Origin: a virus
Reading direction: 5' to 3' (one strand)
IMG/VR virus record: IMGVR_UViG_3300009514_000013
Coordinates: 20,363 to 84,362 of that record
Length of the DNA: 64,000 bases
Shown here: positions 35,215 through 45,301 of the stretch, in pieces
How positions within the stretch are numbered: the stretch's first letter is position 1
Layout: each line of letters opens with the position of its first letter
The notes under the pieces: generated by a model
Databases searched by the model: none
The model's input: only the letters and a program-made list of their open reading frames with translations
Told to the model about the DNA's origin: nothing
Program-made: the position numbers and the translations under genes

Positions 35215-36195
35215 ATGGCTGATCCTTTTACCAAGAGGTTATTTGAACTTCATCTGAATCAACTCCAGAGACACGTTCGAAAGAATGGTGTTAAAGGCCT
35301 GGAATCTTTGTATAAAGAAGCTAAAGCTGACTTGTATGATCGTCTCCTCCAGGCTGGTGGTAGTTCTGCAACAACGCCAACAGCACTCCAATTGAGAGCG
35401 ATGATTGCCCAAGTAGATGCGGTTACAGAATCTCTTGGAAAGAATTTGAATAGTCATCTCAAAGACATATCAAAGTCTGCTTCTGAAATGGGTGCTCGAC
35501 ACGGAATTGATGAGTTCAAGAAGTTGGAGAAACATTTCACGGGGAACGTTCCAGTCCTTCAAATTGAAACTGCTGCTCAACTTAAAGGTCTTGTGAAAGA
35601 TACAACTTCGTCGCTACTCCGTCGCTATAGTCTTGCTTCGTCTGTTTGGAGTAATCAGGCCATTCAGGACATCGAGCAAGCTATGTCTGTTGGTTCAATG
35701 GCTGGTAAGCCAACCAATGACATCATCCAGGAAGTGATGGGGAAAACCGGCATCCTGGAACAAGAAAGATGGAGAGCTGAGAGAATTGTTCGGACCGAAA
35801 CAGCATTTGCTCATGGCCGGTCAAAATACGATGCGATGAAGCGAACCTCGGAAGAGCTTGGAGAGAAGAAACTCTACAAACGATTGATCGAGACTTTAGA
35901 CAATCGAACTGGTGATGACTCTTTTGTTCTCCATGGTCAGACAGTTCCAATCGATGAACCGTTTCGGTGGAAGCACAAACGAGCTGGTTCTTGGGTCGTG
36001 ACAGAATACCAACATCCTCCAAACAGACCGAATGACAGAGCTGTTGTGATTCCGTGGGATCCATCATGGGAAGAAACTTCTGGTGAGCGCCCATTGACGC
36101 GAGCCGAACTCAATACAGCACCTCCCACAAGATGGCGAAAGAAAGCAGGAGTTGAGATCCCACCTGGCCATCGTCCTGGTAAACCGGCTAGATAG
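35215..36195 (+). CDS. head morphogenesis protein (SPP1 gp7/MuF-like)
   Basis: RAERIVRTE, DNRT, LHGQ..PIDEPF, PPNRPNDR. Confidence 0.85.
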   Translation: MADPFTKRLFELHLNQLQRHVRKNGVKGLESLYKEAKADLYDRLLQAGGSSATTPTALQLRAMIAQVDAVTESLGKNLNSHLKDISKSASEMGARHGIDEFKKLEKHFTGNVPVLQIETAAQLKGLVKDTTSSLLRRYSLASSVWSNQAIQDIEQAMSVGSMAGKPTNDIIQEVMGKTGILEQERWRAERIVRTETAFAHGRSKYDAMKRTSEELGEKKLYKRLIETLDNRTGDDSFVLHGQTVPIDEPFRWKHKRAGSWVVTEYQHPPNRPNDRAVVIPWDPSWEETSGERPLTRAELNTAPPTRWRKKAGVEIPPGHRPGKPAR

Positions 36196-36200
36196 AACTT

Positions 36201-36410
36201 ATGGAACAACCAGCCGACAACCCTTCTCTCGATGAGATCGAGCTGTGGGTGCGAGCAGCTGCACGTCAGATCCGCGCATGTGCAAAAAACAATATTTACG
36301 GGACTCTGAGATTTGAATTCTTCAATGGTCGAATCACAAGAAGTTTGATCGAGAAATCTGTGAAGGATCCATCAACTCTTGCGCCAGGCTTCGAATCGTC
36401 TGTAGATTAG
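36201..36410 (+). CDS. small hypothetical protein
   Basis: YGTLRFEFFNGRI motif. Confidence 0.55.
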   Translation: MEQPADNPSLDEIELWVRAAARQIRACAKNNIYGTLRFEFFNGRITRSLIEKSVKDPSTLAPGFESSVD

Positions 36411-36449
36411 CGAAGGTATCAGCAGTCTTAGCTATCAGGGAGAAATAAA

Positions 36450-37001
36450 ATGCCAATGCCACCAAATGTTCTTCGAAATTGGGCAAACGGAGCCACCCAA
36501 AACGCCATGACTCCAGAAGAGGAAAACCCGGGCGAAGAGAATCTCATGGAGGAAGAATCCGAAGGAGAAGAAGTCGAGGGTAAAAACCGACTTTGGAATG
36601 ATGGGATCGAAGAAGGTGAAGAAGTAGAGCCAGAGGAATTGGAAGAACTCTCCGGATGGCTTGAAGAAAATGAACCTGAGATCGCTGCTGCAGTGAATGA
36701 ACTCGGAGAAGCAGTTTCTCTGGAAGACGCTGCAATGATCGATAGGGCAAAGGTTTCTCTCCAAGAAGCAACTCAGTATCTGAATCCTGAATATCCCGAA
36801 CTCTCCGAAGGTCAAAAGGAAAAAGCTGAGAAGACTATCTCTAAGCACATGCGTGAAAAGGGTCACCCGGCTGCTGGTACTCCAGAACATAAGCAAGCTG
36901 TTGCCATCGGACTGGCAGAAGCCCGTAAAGGCGAATCAAATCCAGGTCCTGAAGATGAAGAAGAGCTAGCCGAAGAAGAGATGGATATGGGTGAAATCTA
37001 A
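36450..37001 (+). CDS. acidic protein with KQAVAIGLAEAR motif
   Basis: GGGAG RBS; motif reminiscent of DUF6496. Confidence 0.6.
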   Translation: MPMPPNVLRNWANGATQNAMTPEEENPGEENLMEEESEGEEVEGKNRLWNDGIEEGEEVEPEELEELSGWLEENEPEIAAAVNELGEAVSLEDAAMIDRAKVSLQEATQYLNPEYPELSEGQKEKAEKTISKHMREKGHPAAGTPEHKQAVAIGLAEARKGESNPGPEDEEELAEEEMDMGEI

Positions 37002-37327
37002 TGACGCTTCCAGCACGCGATACTCCGGGGACTCTCGGTACTCTCGGATTCACAGGAGCTGGCTCGGACGAATTCCGAGATTATCGCCCGAGAGATGGTC
37101 ACACAGTTTCGGTGTATTTCGTCCGAGCCACTGTCAACGGAAATGCTGATTTCATTCGAGTTGCCCAAGATGGTAGCGAACAAGTAATTGCTCCTGGAGT
37201 TGCGGTAACGGCTGGGACTGAATTGATTCAACAAATTCAACATCCTGTGAATCAAATTCGTGTTCGATACACCGCAGTGGGAGTAGGCACAGCAACGTGT
37301 GAAGCGTTGGATGGTGGCATGGCGTAA
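37001..37327 (+). CDS. putative virion beta-rich protein
   Basis: TAATG overlap; head region. Confidence 0.55.
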   Translation: MTLPARDTPGTLGTLGFTGAGSDEFRDYRPRDGHTVSVYFVRATVNGNADFIRVAQDGSEQVIAPGVAVTAGTELIQQIQHPVNQIRVRYTAVGVGTATCEALDGGMA

Positions 37328-37350
37328 CTATCCAGTGATACGTTCTAAAA

Positions 37351-37536
37351 ATGGATCAACCGAAAAAGAGTTCAACTCCTATTCCTGACACACCTTTTGA
37401 GTCTGAAAACGTCATGGCTGAAGACGCGGCCCGTGTGTTGAAACAACAGAGAGAACAGTCCGGTGGACTTGAAGACGCATCCAATGAAGGCGATGCACGA
37501 GTTTCAGATTCAAAACCTTACAAGAATCTGAAATAG
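37351..37536 (+). CDS. hypothetical protein
   Basis: 61-aa ORF. Confidence 0.5.
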   Translation: MDQPKKSSTPIPDTPFESENVMAEDAARVLKQQREQSGGLEDASNEGDARVSDSKPYKNLK

Positions 37537-37581
37537 CTCGGGACTTGTAACGAATTCCGTTCGACTGGTAGAACCTTAACT

Positions 37582-37839
37582 ATGCCAACCCCGAGAGATG
37601 CTGCGATGAAACATAACGCACCTGGTTCGATGCCTTCTTATTGTGGTCAGTGTGGTGGACCTGGCTCCATGTGTACTTGTGCAAGTTACAAAGAGCATGG
37701 GGCAAACGCCACAAATGCTGGTTCAGCCTCTGCTGACAATGGTCCGGAGATCAAAGAGACAAAATCTAATGGGCCCGGCAATGGTTCAGAAAAGAAAGAG
37801 AACGGTTCGGAAGAAAAGAAAAACGGAAACCCGTACTAA
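37582..37839 (+). CDS. hypothetical protein
   Basis: CGQC..CTC. Confidence 0.5.
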   Translation: MPTPRDAAMKHNAPGSMPSYCGQCGGPGSMCTCASYKEHGANATNAGSASADNGPEIKETKSNGPGNGSEKKENGSEEKKNGNPY

Positions 37840-37850
37840 GAGGAAACGAC

Positions 37851-38033
37851 ATGGCTCAAGACAACACTCAGAATAAGCCCACTCAGCAAGATTCCGAACG
37901 AAAAGATGAATACCTTGGCGGTTACAAAGATGGATCGGAAGGCCTCTCGGAAGCACAGAAGTTCGGAACAGATCAGATTCCTGTGACCCACGATGCTCTT
38001 CCTGCGAAAAACCTCCAAAAAGCCGGTGGATAG
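37851..38033 (+). CDS. hypothetical protein
   Basis: GAGGA RBS. Confidence 0.5.
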   Translation: MAQDNTQNKPTQQDSERKDEYLGGYKDGSEGLSEAQKFGTDQIPVTHDALPAKNLQKAGG

Positions 38034-38426
38034 ATGTCGGTTCCGAAACAAGTAAAGATTTCGGGTGCGATGACCATCGGGCCTATTCAACCAACCACCG
38101 CACCTTTCCCAAGTGGTGAAGGTGTTGTGAGTTTGAATTTGCTTCACACAAGTCAGGTTGACACAGGTCCCAGATCAAGAATGATCAACTCACCAGCTTC
38201 TTTTGAAGATCTCCTTGCTGGTACAGGGATTACCAACCTTCGTTGGCTGTATCTTCGACCTCGTAATGCAACATTGACGTTCCGTCTGACATCTCCAGCT
38301 GGCGTCGATCAAGTCTTAACAATCTCTGAAATGTTGGTGATGTCTTGCCCATCACCTGGTTCTGAATGGACCTCTCTTGGTGTTCAAGGGGCTGGTGATC
38401 TTGAAATGATGCTGGCCGGAGATTAG
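38034..38426 (+). CDS. putative virion protein
   Basis: 130 aa; head region. Confidence 0.55.
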   Translation: MSVPKQVKISGAMTIGPIQPTTAPFPSGEGVVSLNLLHTSQVDTGPRSRMINSPASFEDLLAGTGITNLRWLYLRPRNATLTFRLTSPAGVDQVLTISEMLVMSCPSPGSEWTSLGVQGAGDLEMMLAGD

Positions 38427-38452
38427 AAATCCTATTGGAAGGAAAATAGAAA

Positions 38453-38872
38453 ATGTCTGCAGAAAATCCTACTGTTCGAGAAACTCTTAACAATGGCGTT
38501 GTCATGCGCATGTCTGATGCGAGTCGTGAGCTTTGCATGGGGGATGTTCTTGCTCGCTTGGTATCAGGTACAGCAGCGGATGAAACCGCTCTGGATCCCG
38601 ACGGCGCTGGAAACACTTTGAATTTGGCCTCTGCTCCATCTTGCTTGTTGGATCTTGTAGCTAACGCGGGAACTTTCACCGGCCGTCTTGAATTGGTGAT
38701 TGATGCTCGTGACACATCAGCTCCTCGATCTGGTCAAGCGATGTGGGATGGTCCCGGATCAACCAGGCTTCGATTCAATGCATCTGATGCAATTACTGAT
38801 CTTGATGCTTGGTATGCCCAATCAACTGACACCTTGAGCGCTCTTGATCGTGTTCTTGGTCAACGTGACTAA
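38453..38872 (+). CDS. putative head decoration protein
   Basis: 139 aa; upstream of the scaffold gene. Confidence 0.5.
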   Translation: MSAENPTVRETLNNGVVMRMSDASRELCMGDVLARLVSGTAADETALDPDGAGNTLNLASAPSCLLDLVANAGTFTGRLELVIDARDTSAPRSGQAMWDGPGSTRLRFNASDAITDLDAWYAQSTDTLSALDRVLGQRD

Positions 38873-38889
38873 AATCAAAGGAGAATTTG

Positions 38890-39834
38890 ATGTTTGAAAA
38901 CGGAAAACCCGTCGAAGGTCAAGTTCAGATTGTCGCTTCCGATTCTCAGGAACCTCCTAAGGATCCTATGGTTTCGGCTGAACCTCCAAAAGAGGCAGAA
39001 GCTCAACCAGTAACCCCGGAAGCGAAATCTTCTGAAGAAAAGCCAGAAGCCAAAGAAGAGAAAAAGCCCACGTCTGTGAAAGCGAAGAGGACCAACATGG
39101 CCCAGCCACCGAAGAAAAAGACATCTCAGCGTAAACGATCCATTGAAGATCAAATCGTTTCTCGAGCTCGTCGAGAGTTTCGAAAAAAGATGAAGCCTGT
39201 TGCTGAAGCTTTAGGAATTGATCCCAATGACGATGAAGCTTTCAACGCAAAAATCGACGAAATGTTGAAAGTTCAAGAAGAATCGAAATCTGTGAGTGAG
39301 CGTCTGGAAGGTCGGTCGAAAGCTCTTGAAGAAAAAAATGGTGAATTGAACGCCAAGATCCACCAACTGCAGACAGAGCTTACGAAATCTCGTCGTGAAC
39401 TTGTTTCTGAACAAAGAAGCTTTCAGAACCTTCAGATTGAATATGAAATCAGGACTGAAGCGACGAAAGCTGGTCTCAGAGATCATGACTACGCGGTACA
39501 TCTCTTCAAACAATTTGTGAAAAGTTCTCCAGAAGATGCGGAAATTGATCCGGGTTCTTATTTCGAAGGCTTGAAAAAGGATTCTTCGAATCGTCATTTG
39601 TTTGTCGAAGAATCCGTATCGGCTGGACCAAAGCCAGTTTCAGATCAGGTTCAAAATCAAGAAGCAGTAGGAAATAACCAAAACCAAGCCCAGAATCTTC
39701 CTCCCCAGGGTGCACCTAAGCCTGTGGATCCAGGGACAAACACACAGGAAGCTCCTGATGCGCTAACCATGAATCAGCGTGATTTTAACAAACACACGCA
39801 AGACAAATATGGGTTCAGAGCTGGGCTGGCTTGA
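38890..39834 (+). CDS. capsid scaffolding protein
   Basis: Charged coiled coil immediately upstream of the major capsid gene. Confidence 0.7.
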   Translation: MFENGKPVEGQVQIVASDSQEPPKDPMVSAEPPKEAEAQPVTPEAKSSEEKPEAKEEKKPTSVKAKRTNMAQPPKKKTSQRKRSIEDQIVSRARREFRKKMKPVAEALGIDPNDDEAFNAKIDEMLKVQEESKSVSERLEGRSKALEEKNGELNAKIHQLQTELTKSRRELVSEQRSFQNLQIEYEIRTEATKAGLRDHDYAVHLFKQFVKSSPEDAEIDPGSYFEGLKKDSSNRHLFVEESVSAGPKPVSDQVQNQEAVGNNQNQAQNLPPQGAPKPVDPGTNTQEAPDALTMNQRDFNKHTQDKYGFRAGLA

Positions 39835-39881
39835 ACCAAATACGGTGCTTTGTGTAAGTTGCCGTGTAGAGGGAGATTGAA

Positions 39882-41273
39882 ATGGCCGAGTCAACTGTCG
39901 GTGCTAACTTTGTTGTAGCGTTTAACCCAACCGTCGTGAGTGCGATCCAAGACCGTACTCTCGTGCGTGTCTTCCGTGATGCGCTCTTTCCACGCCTCCT
40001 GTATCGAGGCGAAGCAGCACCTGAAATGTGGCCGGTCAATCTCGGTGCAAATCAGACCTTTACTCGTACTGGTTTGATGCGTCCGACCACTCGGCCTCTT
40101 GATCAGAATCAAGATCCTACTCCGAGTGGTTATGACATTGAGCAATGGGAAGCAGAAGCCAAGCAATATGGTTCTGCTATCGATACCCACATGCCGACCA
40201 GCTATGTTTCGTTGGCTTCAGTCTATTTGCGAAACATGCATCAACTTGGCCTCCACTCTGGCCAATCTCTCAACCGAACAGTTCGTGACAAAGTGTTCAA
40301 CGCCTATACGGCTGGAAATACTGTTGTTGATGGTGCTGTTGGTGGTGGAGTCGCTGTTCCTGTTGTTTCTCTGAATGGTTTCGCCCGAGTCATCTCTGGT
40401 GGACGGCCAGTCCCGGTCTCAGCAGCTGCTCCTCTCCAGGTCACGATTATCTCTGGTGGTGTTCCGATTACACGAAATGTAATCGCTGCAACTCCTACGA
40501 CTGCTGGTGATGAAATTCACGGTGGTACTCTGACCCTGGATGTGGCCCATGCGGGTCTCGCAGATCGAGACATCGTTCTTGCTGGGAATCGTTCTCAGGT
40601 CATCAACTCAGGCGGTTCAGTTTCGATTGACGGTATCGCTAGCTCGGATCAGTTCACCATGGCTGACATTCGTGCTTCGATTGCTCAGTTGAGGCGAAAC
40701 AATGTTCCGGCTCACGAGGATGGCACCTATCACTGCCACTTGGATCCGACTTCCGAAAGTCAGATCTTTGGTGACAACGAGTTCCAACGTCTGAACCAAT
40801 CGATTCCTGATTACGTTCACTATCGTGACTTCGCCCTTGCTTCTATTGCAGGAACCACGTTCTACAGGAACACCGAAGCTCCTTTGAGTGCGACAGTCGA
40901 TCAGGATCCTCAGTTCGGAAACACCTTTGCTCCGGAGATCTTCAACACTCCAGCTGCTGGGTCTGCAGTTGAGATCCACCGACCTCTCTTCACCGGAACT
41001 GGTTACCTGGAAGAGAAATACCTCGATGAGAGCAAATACATCTCTGAAGCTGGAATCATCGGTAAAATCGGCGAGTTCGCTGTTGTGAACAACGGCATCC
41101 AGATCATGACGGAGCGAATTCGTCTCATCCTTCGTGCTCCGTTGGATCGGCTCCAGCAACAGACTTCGGCTGCTTGGTCGTTCTCTGGTGACTGGCCTCT
41201 GCCTACGGATTCAACTGTCTTGACCTCACCAGCTGACTACAAACGAGCTGTTGTCGTTCAACACGGTTCTTAA
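39882..41273 (+). CDS. major capsid protein
   Basis: 463 aa after the scaffold; KQYG..IDT, L..H.G.S, LRRNNVP..DG.Y..HLDP, APLDRLQQ. Confidence 0.8.
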   Translation: MAESTVGANFVVAFNPTVVSAIQDRTLVRVFRDALFPRLLYRGEAAPEMWPVNLGANQTFTRTGLMRPTTRPLDQNQDPTPSGYDIEQWEAEAKQYGSAIDTHMPTSYVSLASVYLRNMHQLGLHSGQSLNRTVRDKVFNAYTAGNTVVDGAVGGGVAVPVVSLNGFARVISGGRPVPVSAAAPLQVTIISGGVPITRNVIAATPTTAGDEIHGGTLTLDVAHAGLADRDIVLAGNRSQVINSGGSVSIDGIASSDQFTMADIRASIAQLRRNNVPAHEDGTYHCHLDPTSESQIFGDNEFQRLNQSIPDYVHYRDFALASIAGTTFYRNTEAPLSATVDQDPQFGNTFAPEIFNTPAAGSAVEIHRPLFTGTGYLEEKYLDESKYISEAGIIGKIGEFAVVNNGIQIMTERIRLILRAPLDRLQQQTSAAWSFSGDWPLPTDSTVLTSPADYKRAVVVQHGS

Positions 41274-41277
41274 TCTT

Positions 41278-41500
41278 TCGGACTCAGGTCCGATTGCACC
41301 TCCCAATATGGGAGGTTTCGGGAGTTCGCTCCCACCTACGCCTTCGTGCGGTACTAGGGACTCAGGTCTCTAGGTTTACGAGGGTCCGGGATATTGGTTC
41401 TTATCCTTTTGTGGATCCCTCCTGCGGGGTTATAGCTGTGTGCGTTATGAACGCTTTATCAAACCCGGGCCCTCAATTCTTTTTCCAACCGGAAAACCGG
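41278..41500 (+). ncRNA. multi-hairpin structured RNA element downstream of the capsid gene
   Basis: Several perfect stems, two GAC-TCAG-GTC loops, a TTCG tetraloop, and a long helix 41380-90/41464-74. Confidence 0.5.
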
Positions 41501-41508
41501 AGAATCAA

Positions 41509-41985
41509 ATGACAGAAGAAACGCCAAAACGTCGTCGTGGACGTCCAAAGAAGAATCAATCTCTTTCTGAACCAAAAGGTAGCCAAGTTGTAAAAGCACC
41601 ACCTGAGAAACCAGAAGAACTGGATGGTGTAGTTTTTGTTGATGACAAAGGCGATCCAAGAGAGCTGAACGCTCAGGTTGAAGAAACAAAAGAGAGAACT
41701 GTAGCTAGTGACAGTGCGAATCAGGAAGCAGCTAAGAAGGTGGTTGAGCGGCTTCGATATGAAGTTCCACAAATCAAAAAGGTGACAGTCGATGTCCCGA
41801 AAGCGACTGATGAGGAGCAACAGAAGGCAAAACCAACTGTGTACAGAGTTATCAGTTCACCAGGCCCACTAGCTCGAGGTGCTTCAACTTTCGAACTGAA
41901 GCGAGGCAAGTTGATCACCAACCGCGACTACGACATTGAAGGTCTCATAGCTCAGGGCGTACAGTTGGAAGAGTTCCGAGTCTAG
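41509..41985 (+). CDS. hypothetical protein
   Basis: GGAG RBS before ATG 41509; AT-hook-like RRRGRPKK. Confidence 0.65.
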   Translation: MTEETPKRRRGRPKKNQSLSEPKGSQVVKAPPEKPEELDGVVFVDDKGDPRELNAQVEETKERTVASDSANQEAAKKVVERLRYEVPQIKKVTVDVPKATDEEQQKAKPTVYRVISSPGPLARGASTFELKRGKLITNRDYDIEGLIAQGVQLEEFRV

Positions 41986-42012
41986 AGTTTCCCTGGCTCG
42001 GGGGAGGAAAAC

Positions 42013-42447
42013 ATGGCAGTTCGTCTGTCCGAGCCAGATCGTTGTAGGGTTCGACACCATCTCGGGTACTTGAATACCGAACCTGTAAGTTCAATTGCAC
42101 TTGGTTTTCCAGGAGCTGGACAAGCTCAATTCTTGGTTGAAACAGCTATGGACCGGCTCATCCCGGAAGCAGTCGGAAAGATTCTCAAGTATCTAGCGAT
42201 CTTAGATTCGATTGAAGCTCAGATGGTTGATGCTCTCAAACGTCTAAAGGTGCAGAAACTAGGAGAGATCACTCTTCGAAACAGCAACGAGGAACCTGTT
42301 GAACAAGACCTTCTGGAGAAGGAATACAACCGCTGGGCGAAACGTCTAGCTGATGATCTCGGTGTTCCGATCAACAAGTTCTCAGAGAGATTCCAAAGCG
42401 GTTTCTTCGGTGGTCCTGGAATCAACATTCCTGTAGCAGGTCCCTAA
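42013..42447 (+). CDS. putative head-tail connector (adaptor)
   Basis: LS..DR.RVRHHLGY; position after the capsid gene. Confidence 0.6.
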   Translation: MAVRLSEPDRCRVRHHLGYLNTEPVSSIALGFPGAGQAQFLVETAMDRLIPEAVGKILKYLAILDSIEAQMVDALKRLKVQKLGEITLRNSNEEPVEQDLLEKEYNRWAKRLADDLGVPINKFSERFQSGFFGGPGINIPVAGP

Positions 42448-43182
42448 ATGGCAAAAACAAATCTCCGACCGTTGGGTGACATGTCTTTGGTGGACTGTCT
42501 CACCGAGTGTGTAGATGATGCTCGTCAGCTCTACACCGACTTCGGACTTCGTCCTTACAGGGTAAAGCTTGTTTGGATCGGTTGGTCTGTTGATGAAAAC
42601 GAAGATGGGATGGTGCAAGAAAACGTCTGGGCCGATGTCAACGAAACCGATCTTGAAACCGTAACTAGAGATCCAGACATCATTGACCCCCACACTGGCC
42701 AGCCTGCTCACCTTGCGTCTGTTGGCGTTGGTAGACCCTTCTTAGCTAGAGAAATAGAACTCCTTCCTACGCCTCGTGTAGGAGCTCTAACAGGGATAGG
42801 GAAAAACCAAGATTCGGTTGGTCTAACAGAACGAGGAACACTTTCTGTTGATCAGATCTCATCTCGTCTCTCTGAAGATCTTTTGATGGGTCTGGAGTTT
42901 CCATTTCGAGATCTTGATCAGCCAGACAATCTGAAACGAGGAATTGAGTTCTTCTGGGAAGTCCAAGAAGACCGAAAGTCTGGATATGTCACTCCTGGTT
43001 TTGAAGGTTGTGAAGAACCACAAGAACTTCGATCAGTTCGGCATCGGTACCATGTGTCGAGTAAGCCATATCGAAAAGCTGATGCATTTCAATGGAGTGT
43101 GAATCTCAATCGTGCGGATGGTGAACGAGGGCGAGAAGGTGATACGTCAGTCATCGGATCAGGTGGTGATGTAGATGGTTGA
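42448..43182 (+). CDS. putative head closure/neck protein
   Basis: Synteny. Confidence 0.5.
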   Translation: MAKTNLRPLGDMSLVDCLTECVDDARQLYTDFGLRPYRVKLVWIGWSVDENEDGMVQENVWADVNETDLETVTRDPDIIDPHTGQPAHLASVGVGRPFLAREIELLPTPRVGALTGIGKNQDSVGLTERGTLSVDQISSRLSEDLLMGLEFPFRDLDQPDNLKRGIEFFWEVQEDRKSGYVTPGFEGCEEPQELRSVRHRYHVSSKPYRKADAFQWSVNLNRADGERGREGDTSVIGSGGDVDG

Positions 43183-43672
43183 GAAAGTCATTGCTTTTAA
43201 AGACATCCCGGCGGAACTCCGAAAGGTTGCTGAGAAAGATCGTAAAGCTGCAATGAGGGCTGTTCGACGTACACTCGAAGTCGATGCTCAACGTTGGATC
43301 CAATGGTCGATTCGTGGAGGTAACTCATCTGGCAATTACAGAACTCCGATCAATACTGGTGCTTATGCGAATTCTTGGAAGCACGAAATGACTTCAGATG
43401 GTGGAATCTTCTACTCAACTGATGGAGTCAAAGCAGCGGTTATCGAAGACGGAAGGCGCGAAGCACCAATTCCGATTGTACCATTGGTACATTGGATTCG
43501 TCAGAAACTTGGAGAGACTGATGTTAAGAAGGCTACAAGAATCGCTTTTGCTATCTCAAAGACAGCAGCGGAGAAAGCCCGAGAAGGATTGAAAGTTCTC
43601 GATCGGGCTCATCCAAAGATCTTTGATGCGTATGTAAAGAACATCGAATCTGAGCTAAAAAAGAACGAGTAA
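43175..43672 (+). CDS. HK97 gp10-like neck protein
   Basis: TPINTGAYANSW; VIEDGR; PL..W..KLG..AFAI. Confidence 0.7.
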   Translation: MVEKVIAFKDIPAELRKVAEKDRKAAMRAVRRTLEVDAQRWIQWSIRGGNSSGNYRTPINTGAYANSWKHEMTSDGGIFYSTDGVKAAVIEDGRREAPIPIVPLVHWIRQKLGETDVKKATRIAFAISKTAAEKAREGLKVLDRAHPKIFDAYVKNIESELKKNE

Positions 43673-45229
43673 ATGGTTGCTCTGGCTCAAGAATACCCGC
43701 TGAAGGCAACAACGGATTGTCGTAGTGCCATGGCTACCGCACTGGCTACTTTCATCCAAGATCAAGTTTTCGATCTTCCTAAGTCAGCAGAGAAGTTCAA
43801 GATTGAAGCTGTTTACGCAACCTGGGCTGGATTTGAGAATCGAGCGATGAGTTCTGGTGGAGCACTTCCAGCAGCTGCAGTACTCCCTGATCGGCCTGTC
43901 TATGAAGCAGCAGCGTTTGGTCCACGTATCATTGAGAACACTTGGGGTGGTGGAGATCCAAAACTTCTCGATCAGTACGGAAAACAGAAATACCCGCTAG
44001 GTGATGGATCTGGCGATGGATTCGCTCTCTACACAGTCGCTGATTTGGTAGTGCCATTCATTTTGATTTTCAGAGCAAAGACTGTAGCTCAACGCGCTGC
44101 GATTGTTAGGACTTTGGAAACATTGATGGTTGAAGACGGAAGCACTCTTCCTGATCCATCTCGACTTGATCCTGATGTTCCGTTGATGAATCCAGAAGAA
44201 GCTCTCCAACCAGTTCGATACGGCCGCCTGTTGGAGATGAAGAACTACTTCAACAGAAAGGTTCGCCTTACTCTGGATACCCAACAACTGCTAGACAATG
44301 CAGCAAATGCGTCCGAAAACAGATGGTTGGCTCAGTTCGAAATCACTGCTCACGCACAAGTATGTGTCAGGAGACGATTGAAAGTTCTGAAATCTAGAAC
44401 TTTTCTGGTAGCTGATGATGTTGCTTCTGATCCATCTCAGCCCCAAGGAGGAATTGCTATTGAAGGACTTGGAGGATGGACTTGGGCTTATGGCGGTGAA
44501 GGAGCATTCCAAAACCCAGGTTGGCAACCTGTTCAAAGCTATCCAACCTCACTTCGAAAACGAGCACGTCTTAATGGACTTGGGGATTATTCACTGGACA
44601 ACTCCACAGGTCCACTCACAGTAGCTGGCTTGGGACCATCTCGAATCAACAAAGCTGTCCGTGGAGAAGCGAACAATGTCAGCTTTCATCACAATCGAAG
44701 GTTCATTGGGGATTCAACGGCTTTTCCAAATCCTGGGAACAATCCCATTCATATGCGTGCAATTGTGAGGGATCCTTTCGATCAGGTACCGAATGGAGTC
44801 ACTTTCCCAGGATATATGCAGTTGCTCGATCCTTCATTTACAGTCTTTTTTGGACTTTCTGGAGTAGCCGTTGGGGCATTTGGAAATACTGAAGGCCAGA
44901 TCAACTTTGTTGTCGGGTTGGAATCATTCAGAGCAGATATGGGTCAGTTTGCTGATCAATGGATGTTGATTGATGCTCAATATACACCTGGGCCAAACAC
45001 TCCCCAACTATTTGTAAATGGTATTGATTTTTCATCTGTGCTACCCCCACCGGCTGGTAACTTGCCTGGATTCACAGCAAATCCGGCTGTATCGATCATG
45101 AATTCAGTTTTCGAAGGTGGGCTTACCTCAGCTTTGAGAATATCCATAGTCTTCGCAGGGGTAGCGGTCGGACGACCGATTGACTTCGCTCGCCATCAGA
45201 GTGACGCACAAGCTCTCGGTCTGTTATAA
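43673..45229 (+). CDS. putative tail terminator/completion protein with C-terminal extension
   Basis: Directly before the sheath gene; 518 aa. Confidence 0.5.
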   Translation: MVALAQEYPLKATTDCRSAMATALATFIQDQVFDLPKSAEKFKIEAVYATWAGFENRAMSSGGALPAAAVLPDRPVYEAAAFGPRIIENTWGGGDPKLLDQYGKQKYPLGDGSGDGFALYTVADLVVPFILIFRAKTVAQRAAIVRTLETLMVEDGSTLPDPSRLDPDVPLMNPEEALQPVRYGRLLEMKNYFNRKVRLTLDTQQLLDNAANASENRWLAQFEITAHAQVCVRRRLKVLKSRTFLVADDVASDPSQPQGGIAIEGLGGWTWAYGGEGAFQNPGWQPVQSYPTSLRKRARLNGLGDYSLDNSTGPLTVAGLGPSRINKAVRGEANNVSFHHNRRFIGDSTAFPNPGNNPIHMRAIVRDPFDQVPNGVTFPGYMQLLDPSFTVFFGLSGVAVGAFGNTEGQINFVVGLESFRADMGQFADQWMLIDAQYTPGPNTPQLFVNGIDFSSVLPPPAGNLPGFTANPAVSIMNSVFEGGLTSALRISIVFAGVAVGRPIDFARHQSDAQALGLL

Positions 45230-45301
45230 GTTTTCATGTAGAAGCGAAGTGGCGGTATCACGAACACCGGGCCGGCCATCAAGACAACTTAGGAGTAAGC
45301 T

